Shown here: piece after piece, positions 32,798 to 44,392 of the stretch
Layout: the number at the start of each line of letters is the position of its first letter
Position numbering within the stretch: the stretch's first letter is position 1
Sequence record: LT960552.1
Reading direction: 5' to 3' (one strand)
DNA: 64,000 nt
The notes under the pieces: model-generated
The model's database searches: none
Seen by the model: only the letters and a program-made list of their open reading frames with translations
Told to the model about the DNA's origin: nothing
Position numbers and translations under genes: made by a program

Positions 32798-33352
32798 ATG
32801 GGAACAAGAGCAATGAAACAAGATTTATTCGCTATTAAAGCAGTAAAAGCAAAAGGTTATGATATTCAAGAACTGATTCTTCGTTCAGATGAAGAACTAG
32901 ATGAATTAAAATTACCAAACAAACTTATTCAAGCAGTAAAAGAATATAAGCAACGTGGTGGTAAATCACCTGAACAAATTGCTGAAGAAATTGCTGAAAT
33001 TATGATACAAGAAAGTGCAGCAGTTGAACAAACTACGTCATTAGATGAAACTGTTAATGAATATAAAACCAATACTGAAGAACAACAAAAAGTTATAGAA
33101 GAAATTCAAAATACTGTTGTAATTCCTGATGACGAAATTCAAATTGTACGTACTGAAAGTTCACAAGAAGATGTTGATATTATTAACGCTGCATTAAAAG
33201 AACGTGATTTTAAATCATTCGCACCGTACTTAAAACATTTGAAATCATCCGTTCCAGCACAAATTCTATCAGCAGTTGATGGAGCTAAAGTTAATGAACT
33301 TATTGAGAACCGAATTTCAGAGATTAAAGCACAAGGTGAAAGTACTAAATAA
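32798..33352 (+). CDS. Hypothetical acidic helical protein
   Basis: 184-aa ORF. Confidence 0.65.
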   Translation: MGTRAMKQDLFAIKAVKAKGYDIQELILRSDEELDELKLPNKLIQAVKEYKQRGGKSPEQIAEEIAEIMIQESAAVEQTTSLDETVNEYKTNTEEQQKVIEEIQNTVVIPDDEIQIVRTESSQEDVDIINAALKERDFKSFAPYLKHLKSSVPAQILSAVDGAKVNELIENRISEIKAQGESTK

Positions 33353-33380
33353 TTCTATACTTTAATAGGAGATTTTAGTT

Positions 33381-33959
33381 ATGGCTCAAAAAGAAATTTC
33401 ATTGATGCAAATACGTATGGGTAAACAACGTGATTTACCCCTTGCACTTGAAAAAGGACAACTAGGATTAAGTACTGATGTTGGACGTATGTTTGTAGGA
33501 TTACCTAGTTCAACTGATCCAGCATCTATAGTAGCAGGAAGAACATGGGAAAACGCACCAAATTCTGGAAAAGAGAACATTGAAATTCTTACAGAATTTA
33601 CCCCTTGGTCTATAATAAATCGCATGGTTTATCGACCATTCAAAGTTACAGTTCCAGCAAATGGTTCAACTAATATAAACATTCAAAGTACATCAAGATT
33701 GTTTTTGGAATATATCGCATATAGTAATGATACAGGAAGTACGTTACTTGAATCTGGTATAGTTCAATTGGTTGTACAAGGAAGTACAGTACTTATATCA
33801 CAACAAAACAATACAAATCAACCTGACGGATTGGTGGTTATCGATTATGAAAACCCAACATTTGATACAGGGACTGAAAGAATGTCAGTTACTATAACAA
33901 ACAATAGTGCTGAAATTTTTACAGTAGAATTCATACTTCGTGGGTGGGATGCTTTATAA
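33381..33959 (+). CDS. Virion structural protein with an Mtd-N/fibre-like N-terminal motif
   Basis: QIRMGKQRDLP...GQLGLSTDVGRMFVG. Confidence 0.55.
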   Translation: MAQKEISLMQIRMGKQRDLPLALEKGQLGLSTDVGRMFVGLPSSTDPASIVAGRTWENAPNSGKENIEILTEFTPWSIINRMVYRPFKVTVPANGSTNINIQSTSRLFLEYIAYSNDTGSTLLESGIVQLVVQGSTVLISQQNNTNQPDGLVVIDYENPTFDTGTERMSVTITNNSAEIFTVEFILRGWDAL

Positions 33960-33993
33960 AAAAGGCACCCGCCTTTTTTAACCCCTATAAATA
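33959..33993 (+). promoter_or_regulatory. Terminator followed by a perfect T4 late promoter, TATAAATA
   Basis: AAAAGGC-ACCC-GCCTTTTTT; TATAAATA at 33986-33993. Confidence 0.6.
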
Positions 33994-34039
33994 GTAAACT
34001 ACAAATTTTAAGAAATATAATCAACAACAAGGATGTACA

Positions 34040-36364
34040 ATGATAAACGTTACTAAACGTAATAGTGCAAAGGAAGCACTTGATTTAGATAAAATTCACC
34101 AAATTTTATTTTTTGCGTGTGAAGGTTTAACTGGTGTATCAGTGTCTGAAATTGAAATGCGATCACAATTGCAATTCTATGAAGGTATTAGCACCAAAAC
34201 CATTCATGACATTCTAATTAAAGCAGCATCAGAATTAATTTCAGAAGATACCCCTAATTATCAATATGTAGCAGGTAGACTAATTACTTACTCATTACGA
34301 AAACAAGTATATGGTACATATGAACCAATTGAGTTTTTAACTCATATTAAAAAACTTGTTAATATTGGTAAGTATGATGATGAGATTTTAGTTAAGTACA
34401 GTTCACAAGAACTAGAAGATTTAGGACATTATATAAAACATAAACGTGATAATAAGTTTACGTTCGTTGCAATGAAGCAATGGGAAGGAAAATATCTTGT
34501 TCAAAATCGTGCAGATAAGAAAACAAAAGCTTCTGCACAAATTTATGAAACCCCACAAATGGCATATATGATGATTGCCGCAACAATATTCATGGAATAT
34601 ACTGAAAATCGAATTCAATATGTTAAAAAATTCTATGATGCAATTAGTAATTTTGATATTAGTCTTCCTACTCCAATTATGGCAGGTCTACGTACAAAAA
34701 CAAGACAATTTAGTTCATGTGTAGTACTAAATGTTGGTGATAGTTTAGATAGTATTGGTTCTAGTAATTTGGCGATTTTGAAATACATATCAAAGAAAGC
34801 TGGACTTGGTATTAACTATGGACGTATCCGTGCTGAAGGTACTGAAATACGTGGTGGTGACGCTGTACATACAGGTTTAATTCCATTCTTATCAGCAGTA
34901 GCAAAAACTGTAAAATCTTGTTCTCAAGGTGGTGTACGTGGTGGTGCAGCAACAGTTCATTTCCCATTATGGCATTTAGAATTTGAAGATCTTGTAGTAC
35001 TTAAAAATAATAAAGGAACTGAAACATCACGTGTAAGACAACTTGACTATTGCTTCCAATTGAATAAGACTTTTTATCAACGATTAATTGATCGTAAAAA
35101 TATTACATTCTTTTCACCAAGTGATGTGCCAGGATTGTATGAAGCATTTTGTGCAGATCAGAAAGAATTTGAACGTTTATATGTAAAATACGAAAATGAT
35201 AGTAGTATTCGTAAAAAAACATTACCAGCATTAGAAGTATTCAGTGCTTTAATGAATGAACGTGCAGAAACTGGTCGCATATACATTCAAAATATCGATT
35301 TAGTAAATGAACATTCTCCTTTTGATGAAAAAGTTGCTCCAATTGAACAAAGTAATTTATGTCAAGAGATTGCGTTACCATCTATACCATTTGATGATGT
35401 TAAAGATGATGAAAATGGCTTAATTAGCTTATGTACACTTTCTGCAATAAATTGGGGAAATTTTGATACACCAGATCAAATGGAAGAAGCCTGTGATTTA
35501 TCAGTACGTGCATTAGATGCCTTACTAGACTATCAAGACTACCCTGTAATCCACGCAGAACGAGCAACACGACTTTATAGACCACTAGGGGTAGGAATCA
35601 TCAACCTAGCATATTTCTTAGCTAAGCGTGGCTTACGTTACGATTCTGGAGCTTTAGAAACTGTAAACCAATGGACTGAAGCATGGTCTTATTATTTGTT
35701 AAAATCTTCAGTACAACTAGCAAAAGAAAAAGGTCGTTGTGAAGGTTTTGAGAATTTGAAATATGCTAAAGGTATTTTGCCAATTGATACTTATAAGAAA
35801 AGTATTGATGAATTGGTTGGAACTGAGTTAAAAATGGATTGGGATGCATTACGTGCAGAAATAGCAATTCATGGTATTCGTAATGCTACTACTATGGCAT
35901 TAATGCCAGCAGAAACATCTGCACAAATCAGTAATAGTACTAATGGTATTGAACCACCAAGAAATTTAGTTTCAATAAAAGCATCAAAAGATGGTATTCT
36001 AAAACAAGTTGTACCAGAGATTGGTAAGTTGAAGAATAAGTATACTTTACTTTGGGAACAAGAAAGTAACATTGGTTATCTACAAATATGTGGTGTGATG
36101 CAAAAATATGTTGATCAAAGTATCAGTGCTAATACTAGCTATAATCCTGCTAACTTCCCTGATGGTAAACTTTCTATGGAAATGTTATTGAATGAATTGA
36201 TAATTGCATATATACTAGGATGTAAAAATCTTTATTATATGAATACAAATGATGGTTCAGGTGAAATAGATCTAGATAAATTAGAAAGTGATAAAAAAGG
36301 GATCGTAGTTGTACTTCCACCAATGGAAGAAGATGAAGATGATTGTGATTCATGTAAAATATAA
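34040..36364 (+). CDS. nrdA: Class Ia ribonucleotide reductase, alpha subunit
   Basis: ATP cone (VTKRN), PTPIMAG, SSCV, SQGGVRGG, SNLCQEI, TMALMPAETS and C-terminal CDSCKI. Confidence 0.97.
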   Translation: MINVTKRNSAKEALDLDKIHQILFFACEGLTGVSVSEIEMRSQLQFYEGISTKTIHDILIKAASELISEDTPNYQYVAGRLITYSLRKQVYGTYEPIEFLTHIKKLVNIGKYDDEILVKYSSQELEDLGHYIKHKRDNKFTFVAMKQWEGKYLVQNRADKKTKASAQIYETPQMAYMMIAATIFMEYTENRIQYVKKFYDAISNFDISLPTPIMAGLRTKTRQFSSCVVLNVGDSLDSIGSSNLAILKYISKKAGLGINYGRIRAEGTEIRGGDAVHTGLIPFLSAVAKTVKSCSQGGVRGGAATVHFPLWHLEFEDLVVLKNNKGTETSRVRQLDYCFQLNKTFYQRLIDRKNITFFSPSDVPGLYEAFCADQKEFERLYVKYENDSSIRKKTLPALEVFSALMNERAETGRIYIQNIDLVNEHSPFDEKVAPIEQSNLCQEIALPSIPFDDVKDDENGLISLCTLSAINWGNFDTPDQMEEACDLSVRALDALLDYQDYPVIHAERATRLYRPLGVGIINLAYFLAKRGLRYDSGALETVNQWTEAWSYYLLKSSVQLAKEKGRCEGFENLKYAKGILPIDTYKKSIDELVGTELKMDWDALRAEIAIHGIRNATTMALMPAETSAQISNSTNGIEPPRNLVSIKASKDGILKQVVPEIGKLKNKYTLLWEQESNIGYLQICGVMQKYVDQSISANTSYNPANFPDGKLSMEMLLNELIIAYILGCKNLYYMNTNDGSGEIDLDKLESDKKGIVVVLPPMEEDEDDCDSCKI

Positions 36365-36413
36365 AATAAATATCAGTCCCGTTATATACGGGACACTTTA
36401 TGAAAGGATACAA

Positions 36414-37187
36414 ATGAAAGTAAATTATTATCAACCAATGGACTTAGATTTTATTGAAGAGTTTTGGGATGATTTAGATATGAATTTAGTTATTAAGAAT
36501 CAAAAATTGCCTCAAAGTTTTATAGAAAAGCATTTTAATAGACTTGATTCAAATGCTTTGGTTCGTTATCAACAAATGTCTATTAATTTTGTTAAAGAAA
36601 AATGGGAATCATTTAATAAAAATATTGTAGCTCAATATATCATTATGCCAATAGCATGGATAAAAACTAAATGGTCAGATTTTCAAGCATCTGCATTAGA
36701 AAACATTGCAAAATATCAAAAATTGACACAAGATTTCATTCAAGAAAAATGGAATGACTTTAAAGATTTTTCAGACAAGGTGACCGATAATATTGCTCGA
36801 TATCAAAAAATGACTACTGATTTTATAACTGAAAAGTGGGATGATTTTAATAAAAATTATATTTCTAAATATCAAACGCTAACAGTTGATTTTATAAAAG
36901 ATAAGTGGCAAGAACTAAGTGTAGCTGCAATATCAGTTTTTCAGATTATATCAGATGACGTTAGAGATCTATTGGGATTATCGGCACCAGCAAAAACTAT
37001 AACTGGAGCACAGATACTGGCTTTAGATCCATGTCCAGATGGTATGGCACGTTTTCATGCTCATACTCCTGATGACACGACAGTACTAACATGGAATGAA
37101 CTATTAGAAAAGCATTTAGGAACACAGGACGGGATTCGTGATATTCATTGGTTATCATGGAAATTAGGAAAATCAATTAATACATAA
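36414..37187 (+). CDS. Tandem-repeat protein (about six 22-29 aa xxYQKLTxDFIxEKWxD repeats) with a distinct C-terminal domain
   Basis: AAAGGA RBS before ATG 36414; repeats visible in the translation; TAAATA at 36367-36372. Confidence 0.75.
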   Translation: MKVNYYQPMDLDFIEEFWDDLDMNLVIKNQKLPQSFIEKHFNRLDSNALVRYQQMSINFVKEKWESFNKNIVAQYIIMPIAWIKTKWSDFQASALENIAKYQKLTQDFIQEKWNDFKDFSDKVTDNIARYQKMTTDFITEKWDDFNKNYISKYQTLTVDFIKDKWQELSVAAISVFQIISDDVRDLLGLSAPAKTITGAQILALDPCPDGMARFHAHTPDDTTVLTWNELLEKHLGTQDGIRDIHWLSWKLGKSINT

Positions 37188-37196
37188 GGATATAAA

Positions 37197-38321
37197 ATGT
37201 CAGTATTCAAAATTAATACAAAAAGTCACTTAGAAAAAAATATGTTTTTCGATGAATCTGTTGATATTCAACGGTTTGAATCGTTGAAATATCCAGCAAT
37301 TGAAAAACTAACAGAATCACAAAAAGGATTCTTTTGGTCACCAGATGAAGTAGATCTATCTAAAGATCGATTAGATTTTAAAACACTTACAGATCATGAG
37401 AAACATATTTTCACATCTAATCTAAAACGTCAAATTCTACTTGACTCAGTACAAGGTCGTGGTCCCAATTTAGTACTACTACCATATGCGTCACTACCTG
37501 AATTAGAAAACTTTATTGAAACATGGGCATTTTTTGAAGGTGCTATCCATAGTAAATCTTATACACATATTATTCGCAACGTATATTCAAATCCATCTGA
37601 AGTTTTTGATACAATGCTTGACATTCCAGAAATCACAAGCTGTGCCGCAGATATTTCAAAGTACTATGATGATTTAGATTTATATGGTACTTATTACAGG
37701 TTACTTGGTGAAGGTACTCATACAGTTAATGGTGAAAAAATTATCATTGATTTGTATGAATTGAAGAAGAAGTTGTGGTTATGTTTGAATTCCATCAACA
37801 TCTTAGAAGGAGTTCGTTTCTATGTGAGCTTTGTATGTTCATGGGCTTTTAGTGAAATTGAAAAGATGGAAGGTAATGGTAAGATTATCAAATTGATTTG
37901 CCGTGATGAGAACTTACACTTAGCAGCAACACAAATGATATTACGTTTGCTAAAGAAAGAAGATCCTGATTTTGCTAAAATAGCAGAAGAATGTCATGAT
38001 GAAGTACAACAAATGTTCTTAGATGCTATTCAGCAAGAAGAAGAATGGGCAGACTTCTTATTCAAGGATGGTTCTATAATTGGTCTAAACGCACCAATTC
38101 TAAAACAATATATTCGTTGGATTGGTTGTAAGAGAATGAGTGCTGTGGGTATTAAATGTCCGTACAGTATTAGTCAGAATAACCCTTTACCTTGGACGAC
38201 GAGTTGGATTAGTGGTGCAGATGTACAAGTAGCTCCACAAGAAACTGAAATTAGTTCATATATCATTGGTGGTGTAGTTAATGACATTTCTGAAGAATCT
38301 TTTAAAGGTTTAGAAATATAA
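37197..38321 (+). CDS. nrdB: Class Ia ribonucleotide reductase, beta subunit
   Basis: FFWSPDEV, LLDSVQGR, EGAIHSKSY, LEGVRFYVSF, DENLH and VAPQETEISSY. Confidence 0.97.
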   Translation: MSVFKINTKSHLEKNMFFDESVDIQRFESLKYPAIEKLTESQKGFFWSPDEVDLSKDRLDFKTLTDHEKHIFTSNLKRQILLDSVQGRGPNLVLLPYASLPELENFIETWAFFEGAIHSKSYTHIIRNVYSNPSEVFDTMLDIPEITSCAADISKYYDDLDLYGTYYRLLGEGTHTVNGEKIIIDLYELKKKLWLCLNSINILEGVRFYVSFVCSWAFSEIEKMEGNGKIIKLICRDENLHLAATQMILRLLKKEDPDFAKIAEECHDEVQQMFLDAIQQEEEWADFLFKDGSIIGLNAPILKQYIRWIGCKRMSAVGIKCPYSISQNNPLPWTTSWISGADVQVAPQETEISSYIIGGVVNDISEESFKGLEI

Positions 38322-38330
38322 TATAATATA

Positions 38331-38355
38331 AAAAGGACGCTTGATGCGTCCTTTT
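38331..38355. terminator. Terminator (AAGGACGC family)
   Basis: AAAAGGACGC-TTGAT-GCGTCCTTTT. Confidence 0.7.
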
Positions 38356-38370
38356 GCATGGAGAAATTAA

Positions 38371-38565
38371 ATGGATTTTCAAAATGATAGTATTGATGTA
38401 TTTGAGTTTGACCAAGAATGGATATATACTATAACATTTATTGGTGGTTCACAAATAACTGGAGCAGTTATTAAAGCATATGAAAATGGTATAGTACTAA
38501 ATTGTGGGACACATGTACCTACTGCCAGCATACTATATTTTAAACCATTATCTTTAATTCAATAA
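38371..38565 (+). CDS. Small hypothetical protein (Sm/LSm-like beta pattern possible)
   Basis: GGAG RBS, 64 aa. Confidence 0.6.
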   Translation: MDFQNDSIDVFEFDQEWIYTITFIGGSQITGAVIKAYENGIVLNCGTHVPTASILYFKPLSLIQ

Positions 38566-38567
38566 AA

Positions 38568-38596
38568 TGAAACAGAAAAAAAAATTATGGTATAAT
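38568..38596 (+). promoter_or_regulatory. TGRAAY-class extended -10 promoter
   Basis: TGAAAC-N17-TATAAT with TGG. Confidence 0.75.
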
Positions 38597-38626
38597 TAAT
38601 TTGTAAATTGAAAAAGAGGACATGAT

Positions 38627-38857
38627 ATGAACACTGAATTAAACAACATGGTTGAAAAAAACATTGAAGTAGCAGAAGAAGTTACTGGTTATGAAATGAC
38701 AAAAGAAGATTTGGAGTATTCACGTAAAATGATTGCACGTCTTTCTGGATATTACATGCGTAAAGATGAAGAACTAGCAAAGAAACGTAAAGAAAAACAA
38801 AAACGTAGGTCTGCAAATAAATCAGCACGTCAATCACGTCGAACTAACCGTAAGTAA
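38627..38857 (+). CDS. Small protein with a basic C-terminal tail
   Basis: GAGG RBS; KKRKEKQKRRSANKSARQSRRTNRK. Confidence 0.7.
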   Translation: MNTELNNMVEKNIEVAEEVTGYEMTKEDLEYSRKMIARLSGYYMRKDEELAKKRKEKQKRRSANKSARQSRRTNRK

Positions 38858-38870
38858 TTAGGATAGTAAT

Positions 38871-39248
38871 ATGAAATATACTTTTACAAAAGTTAAAGAA
38901 AATTATCCAAAACGTACATATCGTAGTAAAAGAACATTAAAAAAACTACATCTTCAAGACTATGGAGTTGTACTTTCTAGTATTGTTATCAACATTCCTG
39001 TATTTGAATCACAGTACTGTGATTCATTATTGGATATCATGTATGAACATGATAATGGCATTTTTATTTTCGGTACTGACAAAACTACTACCATTTTAGT
39101 AGAGATTCCGGTTGATAAATTTTCTATTGAAAATGTAAAAAAATATTGTTATGAATTGTTATTGAATTTATCTGAAATTGATCAAAACTTTGCAGAAATT
39201 GAACGCATCATGGTAGATTATGGTGATGCATATTATGGGGAATGGTAA
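38871..39248 (+). CDS. Hypothetical protein
   Basis: AGGA RBS, 125 aa. Confidence 0.6.
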   Translation: MKYTFTKVKENYPKRTYRSKRTLKKLHLQDYGVVLSSIVINIPVFESQYCDSLLDIMYEHDNGIFIFGTDKTTTILVEIPVDKFSIENVKKYCYELLLNLSEIDQNFAEIERIMVDYGDAYYGEW

Positions 39249-39952
39249 TGGGAAACACCGTAGAACAATTTAACCAAGTGGTTGAATTTATGAATGTAGG
39301 ATCACAGGAAGTAAACACTGAATTTAAATTTCCATCATGGAAAACTGGTTCATTTCGTTTAAGACTAATTAATGAAGAACTTAATGGAGTTAATGAATTA
39401 ATACAATCATTAATGGTAGATAATCCATTGGGTGTATTAGATGGAATTTGTGATGTATTATACGTTGTTTATGGTGCTTATGCAACTTTTGGATTAGTTC
39501 CGATTTGCTGGAGCATACCAACTGGTAATAAAGATACATCTCCAGTACTTCAAATGCATCGATCAATACTTAATGCTAACCATTTAAATGGTGCATATGA
39601 TCGATTGTCTCGTGGATTAGAACTTGGTGATCAACCAACGATTGAAAGTGCATTACGTGATGTTATTGACAATATTATCGACTTGTCAGTTGAATGTGGT
39701 TTTGATGTTTCTGGAGCATTTACTGAAGTTCACGAATCTAATATGAGTAAATTTTGTAAAACTTATGAAGATGCACAGGATAGTATTAAAATTCGTTTAG
39801 AACAAGGTAAGTTAGAAGATTACACTGGTGCTACAATTCAAGAAGTTCAAGTAGGTGATAATACTTATTATATCATTAAACGTAAAAATGATGGTAAGAT
39901 TTTAAAAGGTATGTCATTCTACGAACCAGACCTATCTAAATTTATTCCATAA
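39248..39952 (+). CDS. MazG/HisE-like nucleoside triphosphate pyrophosphohydrolase
   Basis: RLINEELNG...LDGICDVLYVVYG and AFTEVHESNMSK...RKNDGKILKG. Confidence 0.8.
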   Translation: MGNTVEQFNQVVEFMNVGSQEVNTEFKFPSWKTGSFRLRLINEELNGVNELIQSLMVDNPLGVLDGICDVLYVVYGAYATFGLVPICWSIPTGNKDTSPVLQMHRSILNANHLNGAYDRLSRGLELGDQPTIESALRDVIDNIIDLSVECGFDVSGAFTEVHESNMSKFCKTYEDAQDSIKIRLEQGKLEDYTGATIQEVQVGDNTYYIIKRKNDGKILKGMSFYEPDLSKFIP

Positions 39953-39953
39953 A

Positions 39954-39984
39954 AAAAAAGGGAGCGTTAAAGGCTCCCTTTTTT
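39954..39984. terminator. Bidirectional terminator between convergent genes
   Basis: AAAAAAGGGAGC-N7-GCTCCCTTTTTT. Confidence 0.85.
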
Positions 39985-40639
39985 ATTTTACAAGTGGTTG
40001 AATACTTGAAATATATGGTCTAAGACCATTGACTAGATTTTGTACTTGAAGGTTATCGTATTCTGAGCTTAATGTTATCATGACATATCCTATAACTCCA
40101 ACGTCAACATCTTGAACAATTGGAATTGATATTACACTTTTATATTTAGAACCAATTTTTTTATACTTTTCGCATGAATATAATTTGTTTGTATCAAATT
40201 TATTCTCACATAAAAGTTGAATTGATGCAATGTTATCGTAATGTACATTATTCAATAAAATTTCTTGAACATTGTTAGTACTATCTACCATTGAAACCGG
40301 ATTGGTATCATTAGGTAAATTAGTACCTTCTTTAGTTTCAGAAGTTACATTTATTTGACCAGTGTACATAGAAGTCCTACTATCCGATACAAATTTATAC
40401 AATACTGCGGAAGTTATATCAGGATAATTAATTATCATTTTCCTAAATTCTATATTAATATTGTTTACATTTTGAGGATTCAAATTGTAAACATTATTAA
40501 CAATGATAGGAAATACTTCTCGTTGAGCAGTTGATTGTAATTTATTCACATTGAGTAGTACGAACAAACCAAGCACGAAACACGCAGCAATAGTAAGAAG
40601 TCTACATAATATAGTAAGCTTTTCTTTACGATTAAACAT
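39983..40639 (-). CDS. Single-TM protein with a GAF-like periplasmic domain; holin-T paralogue
   Basis: AGGAG RBS before ATG 40639; one TM segment; AVLYKF and VISIPI...IGYVMITL shared with the neighbour. Confidence 0.5.
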   Translation of the reverse strand: MFNRKEKLTILCRLLTIAACFVLGLFVLLNVNKLQSTAQREVFPIIVNNVYNLNPQNVNNINIEFRKMIINYPDITSAVLYKFVSDSRTSMYTGQINVTSETKEGTNLPNDTNPVSMVDSTNNVQEILLNNVHYDNIASIQLLCENKFDTNKLYSCEKYKKIGSKYKSVISIPIVQDVDVGVIGYVMITLSSEYDNLQVQNLVNGLRPYISSIQPLVK

Positions 40640-40649
40640 GTTATTCTCC

Positions 40650-41393
<744 letters not shown>

Positions 41394-41402
41394 TTATATA
41401 CA

Positions 41403-41408
41403 TATTTA
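41403..41408 (-). promoter_or_regulatory. T4-type late promoter TAAATA
   Basis: GGTAAATATG on the minus strand, 40 nt upstream of ATG 41363. Confidence 0.55.
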
Positions 41409-41437
41409 CCATCACTATCATAAAAACAGCAAAAAAC

Positions 41438-41466
41438 TGAAACGGATGAAAACAATATGGTATAAT
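41438..41466 (+). promoter_or_regulatory. TGRAAY-class extended -10 promoter
   Basis: TGAAAC-N17-TATAAT with TGG. Confidence 0.75.
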
Positions 41467-41495
41467 GTTAACAAATACCACTTAATGAGTTACAT

Positions 41496-41873
41496 ATGAA
41501 TTATTTTATTTATAATATTGTTTCAATTTGTATAACATTGCTTTTAATATACACAGGTAATATAGTAGAAGCAAAAGCATTTTATATAATACTATGTTTA
41601 GGTGCCATATTCATTACATATCTAATGAATAATAAAGTACTTGAATATACTACCTGTAATAGTAAACTACGAGAAGCATTAAAACTTATATTTTTAGATG
41701 AATATAAAATGAGATTATCTAATTATATCGGTTCATACATAGTTCATGCATTAATTATTTTGATGTTAATTGGAACTACTAATTTAATCATTGCAATAAG
41801 TGCAGTAATGATATATAGGGTAGCTTCATTAATTAAAAACCATAAATTTATTTTAACAGCAGGTAAACGATGA
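41496..41873 (+). CDS. Membrane protein, 3-4 TM segments
   Basis: Hydrophobic segments. Confidence 0.6.
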   Translation: MNYFIYNIVSICITLLLIYTGNIVEAKAFYIILCLGAIFITYLMNNKVLEYTTCNSKLREALKLIFLDEYKMRLSNYIGSYIVHALIILMLIGTTNLIIAISAVMIYRVASLIKNHKFILTAGKR

Positions 41874-42383
41874 ATAAGATGATTCTTTGCATTGATTCTA
41901 AAAATGGAATAGGAAAAAATGGTTCAATTCCGTGGCATAGTACGGAAGATTTTAAACATTTCAAATCAGAAACCATTGGTAAAAAAATTCTCATGGGTTA
42001 TAAGACATGGGAAAGTTTACCAAAAAAACCACTTCCTGATAGAATTAATATTGTAGTAACTACAAAACCTATATCAAATGATGAAATAAACAAGCATCGT
42101 GATGTAATTTTTATTCACAAGAATAATTTATCAGATTTTTTTCGTTACAATGACAATATTGTTGTTATTGGTGGTGCTACTATATATGAAGCTGCATTAC
42201 CTTATGTTGACGAAGTTATATTGAGTCAGATTAATGGTGATTATGAATGTGACACAATCTTTGATATTCACACAGTTAATACAGAATTTGTCTTTTATCC
42301 AATGTCAAGTAAATTACTTGATGATGGAGTGATAGTAACATATCTACATAAGAGAATGTGGAATGATTTTGAGATGATTCGAT

Positions 42384-42391
<8 letters not shown>
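41870..42391 (+). CDS. frd: Dihydrofolate reductase
   Basis: GIGKNGSIPWH, EDFKHFK, MGYKTWESL, PLPDRINIV and VIGGATIY. Confidence 0.96.
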
Positions 42392-42817
<426 letters not shown>

Positions 42818-42821
<4 letters not shown>

Positions 42822-44158
42822 GTATTACGCTTACGGATAAGCAACAATCTATTTTTGATGATTTGATTTATAAAATAAACAACACTGGTGGTAGAACCGA
42901 GGCTGTAATAGTTGGTTATGCTGGAACAGGGAAAAGTACTTTAGTTTCTAGTATTATTGAAAATATATACAAAGAATATAATATTGCAGTAACTTCACCT
43001 ACTCATAAAGCAAATTCAGTACTTCGTGATATGTTATATGATGTTGGATTAGATAAAGATGATGCATTAATAAGTACTATTCATTCATTTTTAGGATTGA
43101 AATTAGTATATGAAAAAAATCGTCAAGTACTTAAACATGATCCACGATCTGCAAATAGTACTGCGTATGTTGATGTATTATTTGTTGATGAATGTAGTAT
43201 GATTTCTGATGAAATGTATAATCATATTTTGAGTCAAATCCATCGTGTACGTAGGGCAGTAATTTTTATTGGAGATTCATGTCAATTGCCTCCAGTTGAA
43301 GCTGAAGGTACAACTGGTGAGACTAGATTGAGTCCAACATTTGATATTTCATTAAAGTATGAGTTAACCGAAGTATTACGACAAGCGTTAGACAATCCAA
43401 TTATAAGTGTTGCTACGATGATACGTGAATGTATAGGTACAAAGAAAGATCCATTACTTATTTTAAATAATTTAGATGGAATGGAAACAATTACTTCAAT
43501 TGATGATGAAATGTTATTTTTAGATGTATATAAAGAATATATTAATGAGTGTAGTGGTGTATCTAATAAAATTTATGATTTTGTTCAACAAAATAAAATA
43601 ATTGCATATACTAATTATAGAGTTAATTTTGCTAATATGTATATAAGAAATGAAGTTTTTCCAGAATATACAAATTCTGAATTTGTTTGCGGTGAACCGA
43701 TTATATTTGAAACAACTACAGACAATTGTCCATATATGGTACAACAAATAATTAAATGTCCAGAAATTAGATCTGAATCATTTTTAGGTATTGATTGTTG
43801 GCAGTTTAAATTACCAAATGGTAATTATATTTGGGGAGTTGGCCCATATTCCAGATTAAAATTAGAAGAACATCTTGAGGATTTAGTATATAAGATTGAA
43901 AATAAAGTTGAAAATCCATTAACTAAAAAACTCTATATGTGGCAGGATTATTATATTATCAAAAACAAGATAAATGTAATCAACTATCCTTATGCAACTA
44001 CTGCACATAAATCACAGGGAAGTACTTTTAATAATATATGGTTTGATACGGATTTCATTGAACGAATTGCAAACAATGATACAAAGTGTCGAATTTTATA
44101 TACTGCATTAACCCGCCCACGATATAGTGTTATGTTAAGAAAAAATGGAAGGTTCTAA
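42818..44158 (+). CDS. dda: Dda-like SF1B DNA helicase
   Basis: GYAGTGKS, SPTHKA, VDECSM, GDSCQLPPV, YATTAHKSQGST and YTALTR. Confidence 0.92.
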
Positions 44159-44355
44159 TGAAAGAAGAATATTCACATGAAACACATCAATTTGTGTTTA
44201 GTAGAACATTAGGTAAGCAATATTGTGTTAAATGTGGTTTAATTGCTTTAAACAACGGTTTATCACAATGGGCGATTGAAAAGGGGTGTTTAAATGAATT
44301 ACACCCTTCATTTAAATCAACAAGATCTAAGTTCACGAATAAATTCATTTGCTGA
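44158..44355 (+). CDS. Small His/Cys (zinc-binding) protein
   Basis: H.F...YCVKCG; coupled to dda. Confidence 0.6.
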   Translation: MKEEYSHETHQFVFSRTLGKQYCVKCGLIALNNGLSQWAIEKGCLNELHPSFKSTRSKFTNKFIC

Positions 44356-44392
44356 CCATAAATAATATAAAGTTCTTTTATGGAGACTGATA

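Noticed and set aside
36309-36413. Long N-terminal extension and overlap of the repeat protein with nrdA
   Set aside because: A good RBS and late promoter support ATG 36414; the upstream in-frame ATG lies inside nrdA and has no RBS.
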